A DNA stretch of 64,000 bases, taken from positions 124,001 through 188,000 of the forward strand of contig CAXXQE010000001.1 of the NCBI GenBank assembly GCA_963665615.2, written 5' to 3'. The translations under genes and the position numbers were made by a program. Position 1 is the stretch's first letter; every line of letters starts with the position of its first letter. Below the pieces are notes generated by a model. It searched no databases. It was not told the origin of the DNA and was given only the letters and a program-made list of their open reading frames with translations. The stretch comes from Syntrophales bacterium (GTDB lineage Bacteria; Desulfobacterota; Syntrophia; Syntrophales; UBA4778). Below are positions 11,036-22,013 of the stretch, piece after piece.

Positions 11036-13642
11036 ATGAACCAGAAATACGAACCGGGAAAAATCGAGGAGAAGTGGCAGGGGCGTTGGGAAAAGCAAGA
11101 GGCCTTCAAGGTGGAGGCAGACCCCGGCAAGAAGAAATACTATCTGCTGGAGATGTTTCCATATCCCTCCGGGAAGATTCACATCGGTCACGTCCGAAAC
11201 TACACCATCGGCGATGTCGTCGCGCGTTACAAGCGCATGCGGGGTTTCAACGTCCTGCACCCCATGGGCTGGGACTCCTTCGGGATGCCGGCGGAAAACG
11301 CCGCGATCGAGAAGGGCACCCACCCCGCCAAATGGACCAATGAAAACATCGAGCACATGAAGACGCAGTTGAAGCGCATGGGTTTCAGCTACGACTGGGA
11401 CCGCGAGCTTTCGACCTGCGAACCGAAATACTACCGATGGGAACAGCTTTTCTTCATCTGGATGTATGAGAAGGGATTGGCCTACAAGAAACGCTCGTCG
11501 GTCAACTGGTGCAACCAGTGCAAGACCGTGCTTGCGAACGAACAGGTCGAGTCGGGGCTGTGCTGGCGCTGCGGGACCGAGGTCGTTGAGAAGGATCTCG
11601 ATCAGTGGTTCTTCCGGATCACACAGTATGTAGAGGAACTGCTTCAGGACTGTGACGCACTCGCCGAGGGCTGGCCGGAGCGCGTTCTCACAATGCAGCG
11701 GAACTGGATCGGCAAGAGCTATGGCGTCGAGGCCGTCTTTCCGCTCGATAAGACAGACGAAACGTCTGCCGGTCTGCCCGATGCCATCAAGGTCTTTACC
11801 ACTCGACAGGATACCATCTTCGGTGCGACCTTCATGCTGATCGCCGCGGAGCACCCGCTGGTGCCGCAGCTCATGAAGGGTAAAGCCCGGGAGAAGGAGG
11901 TCGCCGCGTTCGTCGAGCGGATCAAGAAACAGGACCGGCTGATGCGGACCTCTGACTACTACGACAAAGAGGGCATCTTCCTCGATGCCTATTGCCTCAA
12001 TCCCGTGACGGGCAGTCGAATGCCGATCTTTGCCACTAACTTCGTCCTCGCCGATTACGGAACCGGCTGCGTCATGGCCGTGCCGACCCACGATCAGCGC
12101 GACTTCGAGTTTGCCAAAAAATTCGAACTGCCCCTGATCGTCGTTATCCAGAATCCAGAGGCCCCTCTGGAGGCGGAGCGCATGACGGAAGCCTACGTCG
12201 ATGAAGGCATCCTCATCAACTCCGGCCGCTTCGACGGGATGAAGAACACGGAGGCGATGGAGGCCATCGCCGATTACCTGGAATCCATCGGAAAAGGCAA
12301 GAAGACGATCCAGTATCGTTTGCGCGACTGGGGCATCTCCCGGCAGCGTTACTGGGGTGCGCCCATTCCGATCATCTACTGCGACAAATGCGGCGCTGTC
12401 CCCGTTCCCGAGCAGGATCTGCCCGTGGTGCTGCCCCTCGATGTCGCCATCACAGGGGAAGGCGAATCACCGCTTGCCCGCACACCGTCATTCGTAAATG
12501 TCACATGTCCTGCCTGCGGCGGGCCGGCGCGGCGGGAGACCGATACCATGGATACCTTCGTGGAGTCCTCTTGGTACTTCGACCGCTTTTGTTCTCCCCA
12601 CTGCGATGTCAAACCGGGTTTGAACCGCAAGGAGGTCGACTACTGGATGCCGGTCGATCAGTACATCGGCGGCATCGAACACGCCATCCTGCACCTGCTC
12701 TATTCGCGCTTCTATACGAAAGTGCTGCGCGATCTCGGTATTGTCAGCGTGGGCGAGCCTTTCCGCAACCTGCTGACGCAGGGGATGGTCTGCAAGGAAA
12801 CGACCAAGTGTCCCACCGACGGCTACCTTTTCCCCTATGAAGTGGCGGACAACAAGTGCACCCGCTGCGGCGCCGAGGTCGTCATCGGCAAGACCGAGAA
12901 GATGTCCAAGTCGCTCAAGAACGTTATCGATCCCGATTACCTGATCGAGCGCTACGGCGCGGACACGGCGCGGATGTTCTGCCTTTTTGCCGCGCCCCCC
13001 GAGCGCGATCTGGAGTGGAACGACCAGGGCGTCGAGGGGTCGTATCGTTTTATCGGCCGCGTCTGGCGGATTATCCAGGATTACTTCGACGACATCGCCG
13101 GTGTTGCCTGCTTCGACGGATCGACCGAACTCGAGGGCGACCTGCGCGATCTCAGGCGCAAGACCCATCAGACGATCAAGAAGGTGACGAGCGATCTCGA
13201 AGACCGTTTCCGCTTCAACACGGCGATCAGCGCCGTGATGGAACTGGTCAACCAGCTCTATCAGATGAAACGCCCGGAGAAGGCCGATCAGGTGGCGCTG
13301 GCCGTTATTCGCGAGGCCATCGAGGCGGTCGTCGTCTTGCTGGCGCCGATCGTGCCCCATGTGACGGAAGAACTCTGGGAAATGCTGGGCCATGCAGAGC
13401 CGCTCCTGTCGACGCCCTGGCCCGGTTTTGATCCGGCCGTGGCCGCTGCGGAAGAGATCACGATCGTGGTCCAGGTCAACGGAAAACTCAGGGGCCGCCT
13501 GACGGTCGGCGTCGAGGAGTCCGACGACCGGATCAAGGAACTGGCCCGCACGGAGGAGAAAGTGGCGGCGACCCTTGCGGGGAAGACCATCGTTAAAGAG
13601 ATCTACGTGCCCAAGAAACTCGTCAACATCGTCATCAAATAG
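11036..13642 (+). CDS. leuS: Leucine--tRNA ligase
   Basis: [13 protein letters not shown] (HIGH), [30 protein letters not shown]. Confidence 0.98.
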   Translation: MNQKYEPGKIEEKWQGRWEKQEAFKVEADPGKKKYYLLEMFPYPSGKIHIGHVRNYTIGDVVARYKRMRGFNVLHPMGWDSFGMPAENAAIEKGTHPAKWTNENIEHMKTQLKRMGFSYDWDRELSTCEPKYYRWEQLFFIWMYEKGLAYKKRSSVNWCNQCKTVLANEQVESGLCWRCGTEVVEKDLDQWFFRITQYVEELLQDCDALAEGWPERVLTMQRNWIGKSYGVEAVFPLDKTDETSAGLPDAIKVFTTRQDTIFGATFMLIAAEHPLVPQLMKGKAREKEVAAFVERIKKQDRLMRTSDYYDKEGIFLDAYCLNPVTGSRMPIFATNFVLADYGTGCVMAVPTHDQRDFEFAKKFELPLIVVIQNPEAPLEAERMTEAYVDEGILINSGRFDGMKNTEAMEAIADYLESIGKGKKTIQYRLRDWGISRQRYWGAPIPIIYCDKCGAVPVPEQDLPVVLPLDVAITGEGESPLARTPSFVNVTCPACGGPARRETDTMDTFVESSWYFDRFCSPHCDVKPGLNRKEVDYWMPVDQYIGGIEHAILHLLYSRFYTKVLRDLGIVSVGEPFRNLLTQGMVCKETTKCPTDGYLFPYEVADNKCTRCGAEVVIGKTEKMSKSLKNVIDPDYLIERYGADTARMFCLFAAPPERDLEWNDQGVEGSYRFIGRVWRIIQDYFDDIAGVACFDGSTELEGDLRDLRRKTHQTIKKVTSDLEDRFRFNTAISAVMELVNQLYQMKRPEKADQVALAVIREAIEAVVVLLAPIVPHVTEELWEMLGHAEPLLSTPWPGFDPAVAAAEEITIVVQVNGKLRGRLTVGVEESDDRIKELARTEEKVAATLAGKTIVKEIYVPKKLVNIVIK

Positions 13643-13759
13643 CGACGGTTGTCGCAGCGACAGGTGACGGGTAACGAACAAAAAACATCTGGCCGCAAGG
13701 TTTACTCGGTGGCAGAGCGATTTCATCTCGACTGCATCGTGCAGCTCAGAAGGATTGTT

Positions 13760-14281
13760 ATGAAAAAAAAGATTATGGGTTTCGGGGTTCTGATCTTGTC
13801 GCTGCTCGTACTGTCCTGTGGCTATCATTTTTCGTCAGGCGGAGAAAATATCGATTCGGCCGTCAAGCTGATCTACGTGGACAACTTGGCCAATAGAACC
13901 AGTGAGGCCAATGCCGAGAACATCTTCCGCAATGCCTTGAACAACCGGTTTCGAATCGCCTCGCGCTTCCAGTTGGCTGCGGATCGCGATCAGGCCGATG
14001 CGGTTCTGAAGGGGAGTATCGGCGGATTGGCCAAGTCCTATCTTTCTTATTCGACGAGCGATATCGCTCAGGAAGAGCGTGTGACGGTCGTCCTGGACCT
14101 GACCTTCGAAACCAGGGACAAAGGCGTGATCTGGTCGAACCATAACTTTACCTGGTTCGCGGATTATCTGGTCAGTCAGAACAATCCCGCCATCACCGAT
14201 GCCAACCGCCGAGCCGCCATCCAAAAGCTGGCCGACGAGGCCGCCGACAGGATATTCCGTTCGATCATGTCCGGTTTCTGA
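13760..14281 (+). CDS. lptE: LptE family LPS-assembly lipoprotein
   Basis: Lipobox VLSCGYHF; conserved position after leuS. Confidence 0.75.
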   Translation: MKKKIMGFGVLILSLLVLSCGYHFSSGGENIDSAVKLIYVDNLANRTSEANAENIFRNALNNRFRIASRFQLAADRDQADAVLKGSIGGLAKSYLSYSTSDIAQEERVTVVLDLTFETRDKGVIWSNHNFTWFADYLVSQNNPAITDANRRAAIQKLADEAADRIFRSIMSGF

Positions 14282-14487
14282 GCAGGCTGTTGACCGGGGG
14301 CGCACTCCCACAGGGAGGCGCAATCATGTTTAAACGTTGTTAATACCTTGCCGGAAAAAGCCGACGGCTTTACATAACGCTCATCTGCTGCGTTACGCTT
14401 CAGCCTGCGGTGCTCACGTATTAGCATATACGCTCCGCTCCTCAGCTGAAGCGATGCCTTGCATCTGAGCCTTTTTGAACAGCCTGC
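14282..14487 (-). mobile_element. MITE-like element, family A
   Basis: Ends GCAGGCTGTTGA...CTTTTTGAACAGCCTGC; 3' half related to 9350-9501 in reverse orientation. Confidence 0.7.
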
Positions 14488-14569
14488 AAAGCAGGTTGAT
14501 TTTCAACATCACGGCTGGCCATACATCCAATTCTAGATTGTCAACAGATTAGAGAGGAATGAACTACCC

Positions 14570-16255
14570 ATGTCCAATGAAGTCAACAAAGTCATCTATT
14601 CGATGATTGCTGTCAACAAAACCTATGACAAGAAAACCGTCATCAAGGATATCTCACTGTCTTATTTCTACGGCGCCAAGATCGGCGTGCTCGGTCTCAA
14701 CGGCTCCGGCAAGAGTACCCTGCTGAAAATCATGGCGGGGGTCGACAAGGAATTCAACGGCCAGACGATTCTCTCACCCGGATACACCGTGGGTTACCTT
14801 GAACAGGAACCTCTCATCAATGAAACGAAGACCGTCCGCGAGGTGGTCGAGGAGGGTGTCAAGGAAATTGTCGATCTGATGAACGAGTACAACCAGATCA
14901 ACGAGAAGTTCGCCGAGCCCATGAGCGACGACGAGATGAACGCCCTGATCGAACGCCAGGGGCAGGTCCAGGAAAAGCTCGATGCCCTCGACGCCTGGGA
15001 TCTCGACTCCCGGTTGGAGATGGCCATGGACGCCCTGCGTTGTCCGCCGGGCGATATGCCGGTCAATGTGCTCTCCGGCGGCGAGCGCCGCCGTGTCGCC
15101 CTGTGTCGACTGCTGCTCCGCAATCCCGATATCCTGCTGCTCGACGAGCCCACCAACCATCTCGACGCCGAATCCGTCGCCTGGCTGGAGCACCACCTGC
15201 AGCGTTACGCCGGAACCGTCATCGCCGTGACCCATGATCGCTACTTCCTCGACAACGTCGCGGGCTGGATCCTGGAGCTCGACCGGGGGCAGGGGATTCC
15301 ATGGAAGGGAAATTACTCCTCGTGGCTTGAGCAGAAACAGGGCCGGCTCCGCCAGGAGGAAAAGACGGAATCGGAGCGCCAGAAGACCCTGCAGCACGAA
15401 CTGGAGTGGATCCGCATGTCGCCCAAGGGCCGTCACGCCAAGTCGAAAGCGCGCATCAACGCCTATGAGTCCCTCCTGGGACAGGAAGGGGAGAAGCGGG
15501 CCGAAGATCTCGAAATCTATATCCCGCCTGGACCGAGACTGGGACGGATCGCCATCGAGGTGGACAACGTGACCAAGGCTTACGGTGACCGGATCCTCAT
15601 GGAGGGGTTGAGCTTTGCGGTGCCGCCCGGCGCGATCGTCGGCATTGTCGGGCCCAACGGCGCCGGCAAGACGACCCTCTTCCGGATGATTACCGGCCAG
15701 GAGCAGCCGGATTCGGGAACGATCAAGGTCGGCGAAACCGTGAAATTGGCCTATGTCGATCAGAGTCGAGACGTCCTCGATCCCGAAAAAACCGTCTGGG
15801 AGGTGATTTCCGAAGGGCAGGAGATGATCCAGTTGGGCAACAGGCCTGTCAACTCAAGGGCCTACGTCGCGCGGTTCAACCTGTCGGGGGCTGATCAGCA
15901 GAAGAAGGTCGGCACCATGTCCGGCGGCGAGCGAAACCGAGTCCATCTGGCGCGGATGCTCAAGGACGGCGCCAATGTGCTTCTCCTCGACGAGCCGACC
16001 AACGATCTCGACGTTAATACCATGCGGGCGCTCGAAGAGGCACTGGACAACTTTGCCGGTTGCGCGTTAGTCATCAGTCATGACCGCTGGTTTCTCGACC
16101 GCATTGCGACTCACATTCTCGCCTTCGAGGACGAAAGCACGACCTACTGGTACGACGGCAACTATACCGAGTACGAGGCCGATCGCAAGGTGCGCCTCGG
16201 CGCGGCCGCCGCGCAGCCTCACCGCGTAAAATACCGCCACCTGGTGCGCGCCTAG
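14570..16255 (+). CDS. ettA: Energy-dependent translational throttle protein EttA (ABC-F)
   Basis: Two ABC domains (GLNGSGKST, GPNGAGKT), ISLSYFYGAKIG, GNYSSWLEQK, IPPGPRLG. Confidence 0.95.
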   Translation: MSNEVNKVIYSMIAVNKTYDKKTVIKDISLSYFYGAKIGVLGLNGSGKSTLLKIMAGVDKEFNGQTILSPGYTVGYLEQEPLINETKTVREVVEEGVKEIVDLMNEYNQINEKFAEPMSDDEMNALIERQGQVQEKLDALDAWDLDSRLEMAMDALRCPPGDMPVNVLSGGERRRVALCRLLLRNPDILLLDEPTNHLDAESVAWLEHHLQRYAGTVIAVTHDRYFLDNVAGWILELDRGQGIPWKGNYSSWLEQKQGRLRQEEKTESERQKTLQHELEWIRMSPKGRHAKSKARINAYESLLGQEGEKRAEDLEIYIPPGPRLGRIAIEVDNVTKAYGDRILMEGLSFAVPPGAIVGIVGPNGAGKTTLFRMITGQEQPDSGTIKVGETVKLAYVDQSRDVLDPEKTVWEVISEGQEMIQLGNRPVNSRAYVARFNLSGADQQKKVGTMSGGERNRVHLARMLKDGANVLLLDEPTNDLDVNTMRALEEALDNFAGCALVISHDRWFLDRIATHILAFEDESTTYWYDGNYTEYEADRKVRLGAAAAQPHRVKYRHLVRA

Positions 16256-16560
16256 CGCGATTTTTAAGAGACCGATATCATCGACCCCATGTAGAAGTGG
16301 GAGAACGGGAAGCGGTTTTCGTATTCCGGGCCGGCCCTTATTTGTGTCAGAGCGCCTTGCACATCCGAGATGGTTGGCGTGGTCTCAGCCGTGGTTGTTG
16401 GTGCAACATTTGCAGCACTGTTAGTCTCGTTCGGTAAAAGAGGAAAGCGGTCGGCGTGAAAGACGGATATTTTATAACATTTTGATATATATAAGTTATT
16501 TTTAAAGCTTAAAGCTTGGGCAATGAGCTAAAATCCCTCTGAATACGGCACTTACACTTT

Positions 16561-16605
16561 TTATCCACAGGGTTATCAACATGCTTTTCAACAAGTTGTG
16601 GATGC
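16561..16605. promoter_or_regulatory. Cluster of DnaA-box-like 9-mers
   Basis: TTATCCACA 16561-16569 (perfect), TTATCAACA 16573-16581, TTTTCAACA 16585-16593 and inverted TGTGGATGC 16597-16605; AT-rich tract at ~16467-16517. Confidence 0.65.
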
Positions 16606-16987
16606 CCTTTCGGTCTAGCGTAAAATACCTGAACCCTTCACGTCAGCGCTCGCATTTCCCGTGGTTTTCTGCGGGAAATGCGAGCGAATCAGAACCGAGC
16701 CCCCTCCTTCGGGATTGGAAATTCGCCGGAGAATGCTCCGGCAAGTCTCCAATCCATCATCGGGTTAGATGAAAATAAATGCTTGACCGCAAGCCTTGAA
16801 TGGGTTCATTACATACACAAACCGCCATAACCAACCGTTAGCAGCTGAGCATTGCAGGGCGTCTCATTTCCCTGCCAACCATAACTGTCCCTGTCTTTGT
16901 AGAAAACGTCTTTCCAGAAAGGATCACCCGCAGTCTGAAAGAGGCATCACCCGATTTGCCCAAAATACAGAAGGAGGGTAAGACGCA

Positions 16988-19768
16988 ATGGATAAGAAAT
17001 GGGTTTATCTCTTTGACGAACTCGACGAGGCCAAAGTCAATGCGAATCAAACCTGGGATGGCGTCTGCCGCCTGCTGGGAGGCAAAGGGGCCAACCTGGG
17101 GGAGATGACCCGCATCGGGCTTCCGGTTCCTGCCGGATTTACCGTGACAACCGAGGCCTGTAACGCCTATCTGGCTGCGGGGATGCAGCTCCCTGAGGGT
17201 CTATGGGATCAGGAGCTCGCGGCGCTGGCTGCGGTCGAGGCCAAGACCGGAAAGAAATTCGGCGATCCCCACAATCCCCTCCTGGTGTCCTGCCGCTCCG
17301 GCGCGCGCTTTTCCATGCCCGGGATGATGGACACCGTTCTCAACATCGGCCTGAACGAAGACACCGTTCAAGGCATGATCGCCGTATCCGGCGATTCCCG
17401 ATTCGCCTATGATTCCTACCGTCGCCTGATTCAGATGTTTGGCGCTGTTGTCATGGGCGTTCCGGACGAGGCTTTTGAAGAGGTCATTTCGACGGCGCGC
17501 AAGGCGCGGGGGGTGGAGAGCGACACGGGGTTGACCGCCGAGGATTGGAAATCGGTCGGCGAACAGTTCAAGGATATCTTCCGGCGCTATAATCGCATCG
17601 ATTTTCCCACCGATCCATATGAGCAGTTGCGCCTGGCGACCGAGGCCGTCTTCAAATCCTGGAATGGCAAGCGGGCCGTCGATTACCGCAAGGCGGCGAA
17701 AATCCCTCACGACATGGGAACTGCCGTCAACATTCAGACCATGGTCTTCGGCAATATGGGAAACGACTGCGCGACGGGCGTCGCCATGACCCGTAACGCC
17801 ACGACGGGCGAGAAGAAGATCGAAGGGGACTATCTCATCAATGCGCAGGGTGAAGACGTCGTTGCCGGGATTCGCCTGACTGATGCCGTCGAGAACATGG
17901 CCAAAACCATGCCCGCTATCTGGAAACAGTTCTCTGAGACCATCCAAAAGCTGGAACGGCACTACCGCAACATGCAGGATGTGGAATTCACCGTCGAGCG
18001 CAGCAAACTCTGGATTCTGCAAACCCGCGACGGCAAACGAACGGCGCAGGCTGCCGTCCGCATCGCTGTGGAAATGGCCGAAGAGTGCCTGATCTCGCGC
18101 GAGGAAGCCGTCTTACGCGTGACGCCCGAACAGGTGGACTTCTTTCTCCATCCCCAGTTCGATCCCGCCTCCAAGAAGTCGGCTATGGCCGAGGGCCGCT
18201 TGCTTGCCAACGGCCTCAACGTCTCGCCTGGCGCCGCTGTCGGCGTGGTCGCTTTAAGCGCCGATCTGGCCCAGAGTTGGGCCAAAAAAGAAGGGAAGAA
18301 GGTTGTCATGGTGCGTCCCGAGACGAAGCCGGACGACGTTCACGGGATGCTCGCCGCCGAAGGAATCCTCACCAGTCGCGGCGGACGCACCAGCCATGCC
18401 GCTCTCGTGGCCCGCCAGTTCGGAAAGCCTGCAGTGGTCGGCGTCGCCGCCCTGGAGATCGACATGCTCCAGAACCTCATGACCGTCAAGGGTCAGATAA
18501 TCCATGAGGGCGACTGGATCTCCATCGACGGCTCGACCGGCGAGGTCTTCAACGGCAAGCTCGAAACGATGGTGCCCGACATCTCCGATCTCTGGCTGAT
18601 GAAGCTGCTGACCTGGGCCGATGAGTTCCGGCGGCTGGATGTCTGGGCCAACGCCGACTACCCGAAGGATGCCCGGCGGGCCATGGAATACGGCGCCGGC
18701 GGGATCGGTTTGTGCCGCACCGAACATATGTTCTTCGAAACCGAACGTCTGCCGATTGTGCAGAAGATGATCATGAGCACTGCGCCTGCGGAACGTCGCG
18801 AGGCTCTCGATGAACTCCTGCCCTTTCAGCGCGAAGACTTCCTCGGGATTTTCCGTGCCATGAAGGGTCGTCCGGTCATCATCCGCCTCATCGATCCGCC
18901 GCTTCACGAGTTTCTACCCGCCTACGAAAACCTGATGATCGATCTCGCCGATAACAAAATCCGGCTGATGCATGCGAGGAATCTCAAGGAGATCGATGAT
19001 CTGCTGCGAAAGCTGGAGGAGGAAGGTCACGTCCTGGCGCGCGTGGAAGCCCTGCGGGAGTCCAATCCCATGCTGGGGCTGCGCGGCGTTCGCCTCGGCA
19101 TCATGATGCCCGAGGTCGCGCAGATGCAGATGCGCGCCATCTTGGAGGCGGCCTGCCAGTGTGTGCGGGAAGGGATCGACGTGCGACCCGAAGTGATGAT
19201 CCCGCTCACTTGTCACGTCAATGAACTCAAAGTCCATCGCGAATCGCTCGAAGCCATTGCGAAGGAGGTTCTGGAGGAGCAGAAGGTGACGGTCCATTAT
19301 AAGTTCGGCACCATGATCGAGATCCCGCGCGCGGCGCTGACCGCCGACGAGATCGCCGAATTCGCCGAGTTCTTCTCTTTCGGCACCAACGACCTGACCC
19401 AGACGACCTTCGGGATCAGCCGCGACGACGCCGAGAAGGGGTTCCTCATCGATTACATCCAGCGCGGCCTCCTGCCGCGCAATCCCTTCGAGACCATCGA
19501 TGAGGGCGGGGTGGCGAAACTCATGGGCATGGGGGTCGAACTCGGCCGCCGGGTGCGGCCGGAGTTGGAGGTCGGAATTTGCGGGGAGCACGGCGGCGAT
19601 CCCAAGTCTATCGAAATCTGTCACCGACTCGGTCTGAATTACGTGAGTTGTTCGCCCTTCCGCGTGCCGATTGCACGACTGGCGGCTGCTCAGGCGGCCC
19701 TGCGCGAGCACGCGAAGGAGAAGCCACAAGAGCGGCGGATCGGGCCGCGCCTCATTATTCCCTCATAG
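16988..19768 (+). CDS. ppdK: Pyruvate, phosphate dikinase
   Basis: LLGGKGANL, SMPGMMDT, GGRTSHAA (phospho-His), GLCRTEHMF, SFGTNDLTQ, GICGEHGG. Confidence 0.97.
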   Translation: MDKKWVYLFDELDEAKVNANQTWDGVCRLLGGKGANLGEMTRIGLPVPAGFTVTTEACNAYLAAGMQLPEGLWDQELAALAAVEAKTGKKFGDPHNPLLVSCRSGARFSMPGMMDTVLNIGLNEDTVQGMIAVSGDSRFAYDSYRRLIQMFGAVVMGVPDEAFEEVISTARKARGVESDTGLTAEDWKSVGEQFKDIFRRYNRIDFPTDPYEQLRLATEAVFKSWNGKRAVDYRKAAKIPHDMGTAVNIQTMVFGNMGNDCATGVAMTRNATTGEKKIEGDYLINAQGEDVVAGIRLTDAVENMAKTMPAIWKQFSETIQKLERHYRNMQDVEFTVERSKLWILQTRDGKRTAQAAVRIAVEMAEECLISREEAVLRVTPEQVDFFLHPQFDPASKKSAMAEGRLLANGLNVSPGAAVGVVALSADLAQSWAKKEGKKVVMVRPETKPDDVHGMLAAEGILTSRGGRTSHAALVARQFGKPAVVGVAALEIDMLQNLMTVKGQIIHEGDWISIDGSTGEVFNGKLETMVPDISDLWLMKLLTWADEFRRLDVWANADYPKDARRAMEYGAGGIGLCRTEHMFFETERLPIVQKMIMSTAPAERREALDELLPFQREDFLGIFRAMKGRPVIIRLIDPPLHEFLPAYENLMIDLADNKIRLMHARNLKEIDDLLRKLEEEGHVLARVEALRESNPMLGLRGVRLGIMMPEVAQMQMRAILEAACQCVREGIDVRPEVMIPLTCHVNELKVHRESLEAIAKEVLEEQKVTVHYKFGTMIEIPRAALTADEIAEFAEFFSFGTNDLTQTTFGISRDDAEKGFLIDYIQRGLLPRNPFETIDEGGVAKLMGMGVELGRRVRPELEVGICGEHGGDPKSIEICHRLGLNYVSCSPFRVPIARLAAAQAALREHAKEKPQERRIGPRLIIPS

Positions 19769-19790
19769 CGATCAGGGCGACATCAAAATG

Positions 19791-19825
19791 AAAAAGGCCG
19801 GGATTTTCCGGCCTTTTTCATTTTC
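19791..19825 (+). terminator. Rho-independent terminator after ppdK
   Basis: AAAAAGGCCGG-gatttt-CCGGCCTTTTT. Confidence 0.8.
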
Positions 19826-19908
19826 GGGAGCGCCGACGCTTTGTTTTTCAGGTGAACGGCTTTCCGGGAAGGAGTTGGAGAACCTGAAACGGACGGATGC
19901 ATACGCGC

Positions 19909-20014
19909 TGTCGAGATGTTTTACAATGTATATGATTAATAATATTAAGGCGTTTTAAGATAATTGCTTCACGGGTTGCGTATTGTCTTTCATGAAGTGT
20001 CGAAAAAAATTACG
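19909..20014 (+). promoter_or_regulatory. Two TGT-N11-ACA-type enhancer boxes upstream of a PEP-CTERM gene
   Basis: TGTCGAGATGTTTTACA (19909-19925) and near-match TGTCGAAAAAAATTACG (19998-20014). Confidence 0.7.
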
Positions 20015-20088
20015 ATCTCAAAAGGATGATAGGGATAAACAAAACAAAATATCTTTTTATATTAATATATTAGAATATTTTGAGGTGG

Positions 20089-20104
20089 TGGCATCGAACT
20101 TGCG
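20089..20104 (+). promoter_or_regulatory. sigma54 (-24/-12) promoter
   Basis: TGGCATCGAACTTGCG (GG-N10-GC), ~40 nt upstream of the ATG at 20146. Confidence 0.8.
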
Positions 20105-20145
20105 TTAACATAATTAAAAGTAATACATCCGACAGGAGAAAAACA

Positions 20146-20814
20146 ATGAAACGCATCAGCATAAAAATTCTACTGATTGTTATGATCGCGCTTCTCATCC
20201 CCATGGCGGCGCAGGCGACCACAAAGTCCTGGACGACCACGGCACTTGAGGCGATGGCGCATGGGACGGATTATACCTGGAAGGTCGATACCGGTTCCTG
20301 GTCTATTCCAGAGGGTGAGCATATCGTTGCCGCCTATCTCGATATCACGGCCCTGAACAACTGGCAGGAGCCGGACAACGATTACATGAACATCTATCTG
20401 CTGAACAATCCGTACAGCGGCTGGGCTTACAAAACACTCCTGACGACCTATAAGGATGAAAACGCCTATACGGAGTCCTATCAAAACTGGGAAAAGGTCG
20501 GGCGGACGATTATCGGGCATAGATGGGGGAGACCCATCTATCAGGATGTTTACGGATACGTAACCAGATACAGAACAGTCAATCCGGCGGAAGACTTCCA
20601 CTATGACCTGACGGCTGATGAGATTGCGGCTCTGACCGGGTACCTCTCAGATGCCAAGTACGGCCTCGGATTCGATCCCAATTGCCATTACTACGACACC
20701 GGCATCACCTTCACCATCGTGACGGAGAAAAACAACGTGCCCGAACCGGCCACACTCCTCCTCATGGGGCTGGGCATGATCGGCCTGGCAGGTATCCGGA
20801 GGAAAACAAAATAA
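20146..20814 (+). CDS. PEP-CTERM sorting domain protein
   Basis: Signal peptide ending AAQA; C-terminus VPEPATLLLMGLGMIGLAGIRRKTK. Confidence 0.93.
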   Translation: MKRISIKILLIVMIALLIPMAAQATTKSWTTTALEAMAHGTDYTWKVDTGSWSIPEGEHIVAAYLDITALNNWQEPDNDYMNIYLLNNPYSGWAYKTLLTTYKDENAYTESYQNWEKVGRTIIGHRWGRPIYQDVYGYVTRYRTVNPAEDFHYDLTADEIAALTGYLSDAKYGLGFDPNCHYYDTGITFTIVTEKNNVPEPATLLLMGLGMIGLAGIRRKTK

Positions 20815-20839
20815 CGCTCTACCTTTGAAGTGCTAAATG

Positions 20840-20878
20840 ATAAGGCGGTTGCCTTCGGGAAACCGCCTTATTTTTTTG
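20840..20878 (+). terminator. Rho-independent terminator
   Basis: ATAAGGCGGTT-gccttcggga-AACCGCCTTAT followed by a T-run. Confidence 0.8.
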
Positions 20879-20945
20879 GAGGGCAGTCCGACCCTGCTGT
20901 TTCTTTTGACAGGGTTTCCCCTTTCCCCTATACTTTTTTCGGTAC

Positions 20946-21995
20946 ATGGCAATTCTGATGTGCCCGTTGGTATGTTTTCCGCGGCCCATTTCCTTTTCGA
21001 GGTACTTACACGTGCGTCTCCTTCTTGTTCTTATCCTGCTGATGACATCGGCCGTGCCCGTTGCCGCGGGCGAGGTCTTTCTCTTTTATGGGGCGACCGA
21101 TCAACAGGGGGTTCCGGATCGTTCCTTTTCCTATGCAGCGGAATATCGCGAAGGACTTGGCGAGCATTGGGCTATCAGCATCGGTTATCTCAATGAGGGG
21201 CATCTGCCGAATCATCACCGGGACGGCCTGGCCCCGTTGACCCTCTGGTGGCGTATGAACGTGATGGACCGCCGGTTGTCGCTGGCCGTGGGGGCCGGGC
21301 CGTACGTTTACGCCGATACGACGGAGAATCCGCCCGGGGTGGTGCTCGACCGGCACGGTGTGGGCGGCCTATTGGGGGGCTCCGCCACCTGGTACTTCGA
21401 TTCCCGTTTTCTGCTTCAGGCCCGTGTGAACTGGATCAATACGAAGGACAGCATCGATACCCTGACGGCCCTGGTCGGCATTGGCTATCAGCTGGATGCG
21501 CCGGTCAAGACGGGACCGTTGCCCAGACCGCCGTTCCATCGGGAAAAGAAGACCGATAACGAACTGACACTGTTTGTCGGTGAAACCTCCGTCAATAACC
21601 CCGGTTCTCCAAAGTCGCTGGCCTGGAGTGTGGAATACCGGCGCGGGCTCTACCCCTATCTTGACGTCTCCGCCTCCTGGTTGAACGAAGGCGACAATGT
21701 TTTGATTCGCCGAAACGGGCTGATAACGGAACTCTGGCCGGTCCGGTCCTTTTTCAATGACCGTTTGAGCCTGGGATGCGGTCTGGGCGCTTACCTTGCC
21801 GTGGATCACCGCAATGAGGACCCCTCAGGCGAGGGCGGCTCTGCCTTCGCTTCCGGTATTATGTCGGCAACGGTGTCGTTGCAGAATTTTTCATTCGATC
21901 CGAATTGGACCGCGCGTTTTGTCATGCATCGTATCGTGACCAACTACAACAAGGATACGGACATTTTTCTGGTCGGTTTGGGGTATCGGTTCTAG
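20946..21995 (+). CDS. Putative outer-membrane beta-barrel protein with an internal duplication
   Basis: Signal-like N-terminus; two repeats (EYRxGL...YLNEG / WLNEG) ending GIGYQL and GLGYRF (terminal Phe). Start position uncertain. Confidence 0.6.
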   Translation: MAILMCPLVCFPRPISFSRYLHVRLLLVLILLMTSAVPVAAGEVFLFYGATDQQGVPDRSFSYAAEYREGLGEHWAISIGYLNEGHLPNHHRDGLAPLTLWWRMNVMDRRLSLAVGAGPYVYADTTENPPGVVLDRHGVGGLLGGSATWYFDSRFLLQARVNWINTKDSIDTLTALVGIGYQLDAPVKTGPLPRPPFHREKKTDNELTLFVGETSVNNPGSPKSLAWSVEYRRGLYPYLDVSASWLNEGDNVLIRRNGLITELWPVRSFFNDRLSLGCGLGAYLAVDHRNEDPSGEGGSAFASGIMSATVSLQNFSFDPNWTARFVMHRIVTNYNKDTDIFLVGLGYRF

Positions 21996-22013
21996 GGAGC
22001 TTGGGAGGGCACC

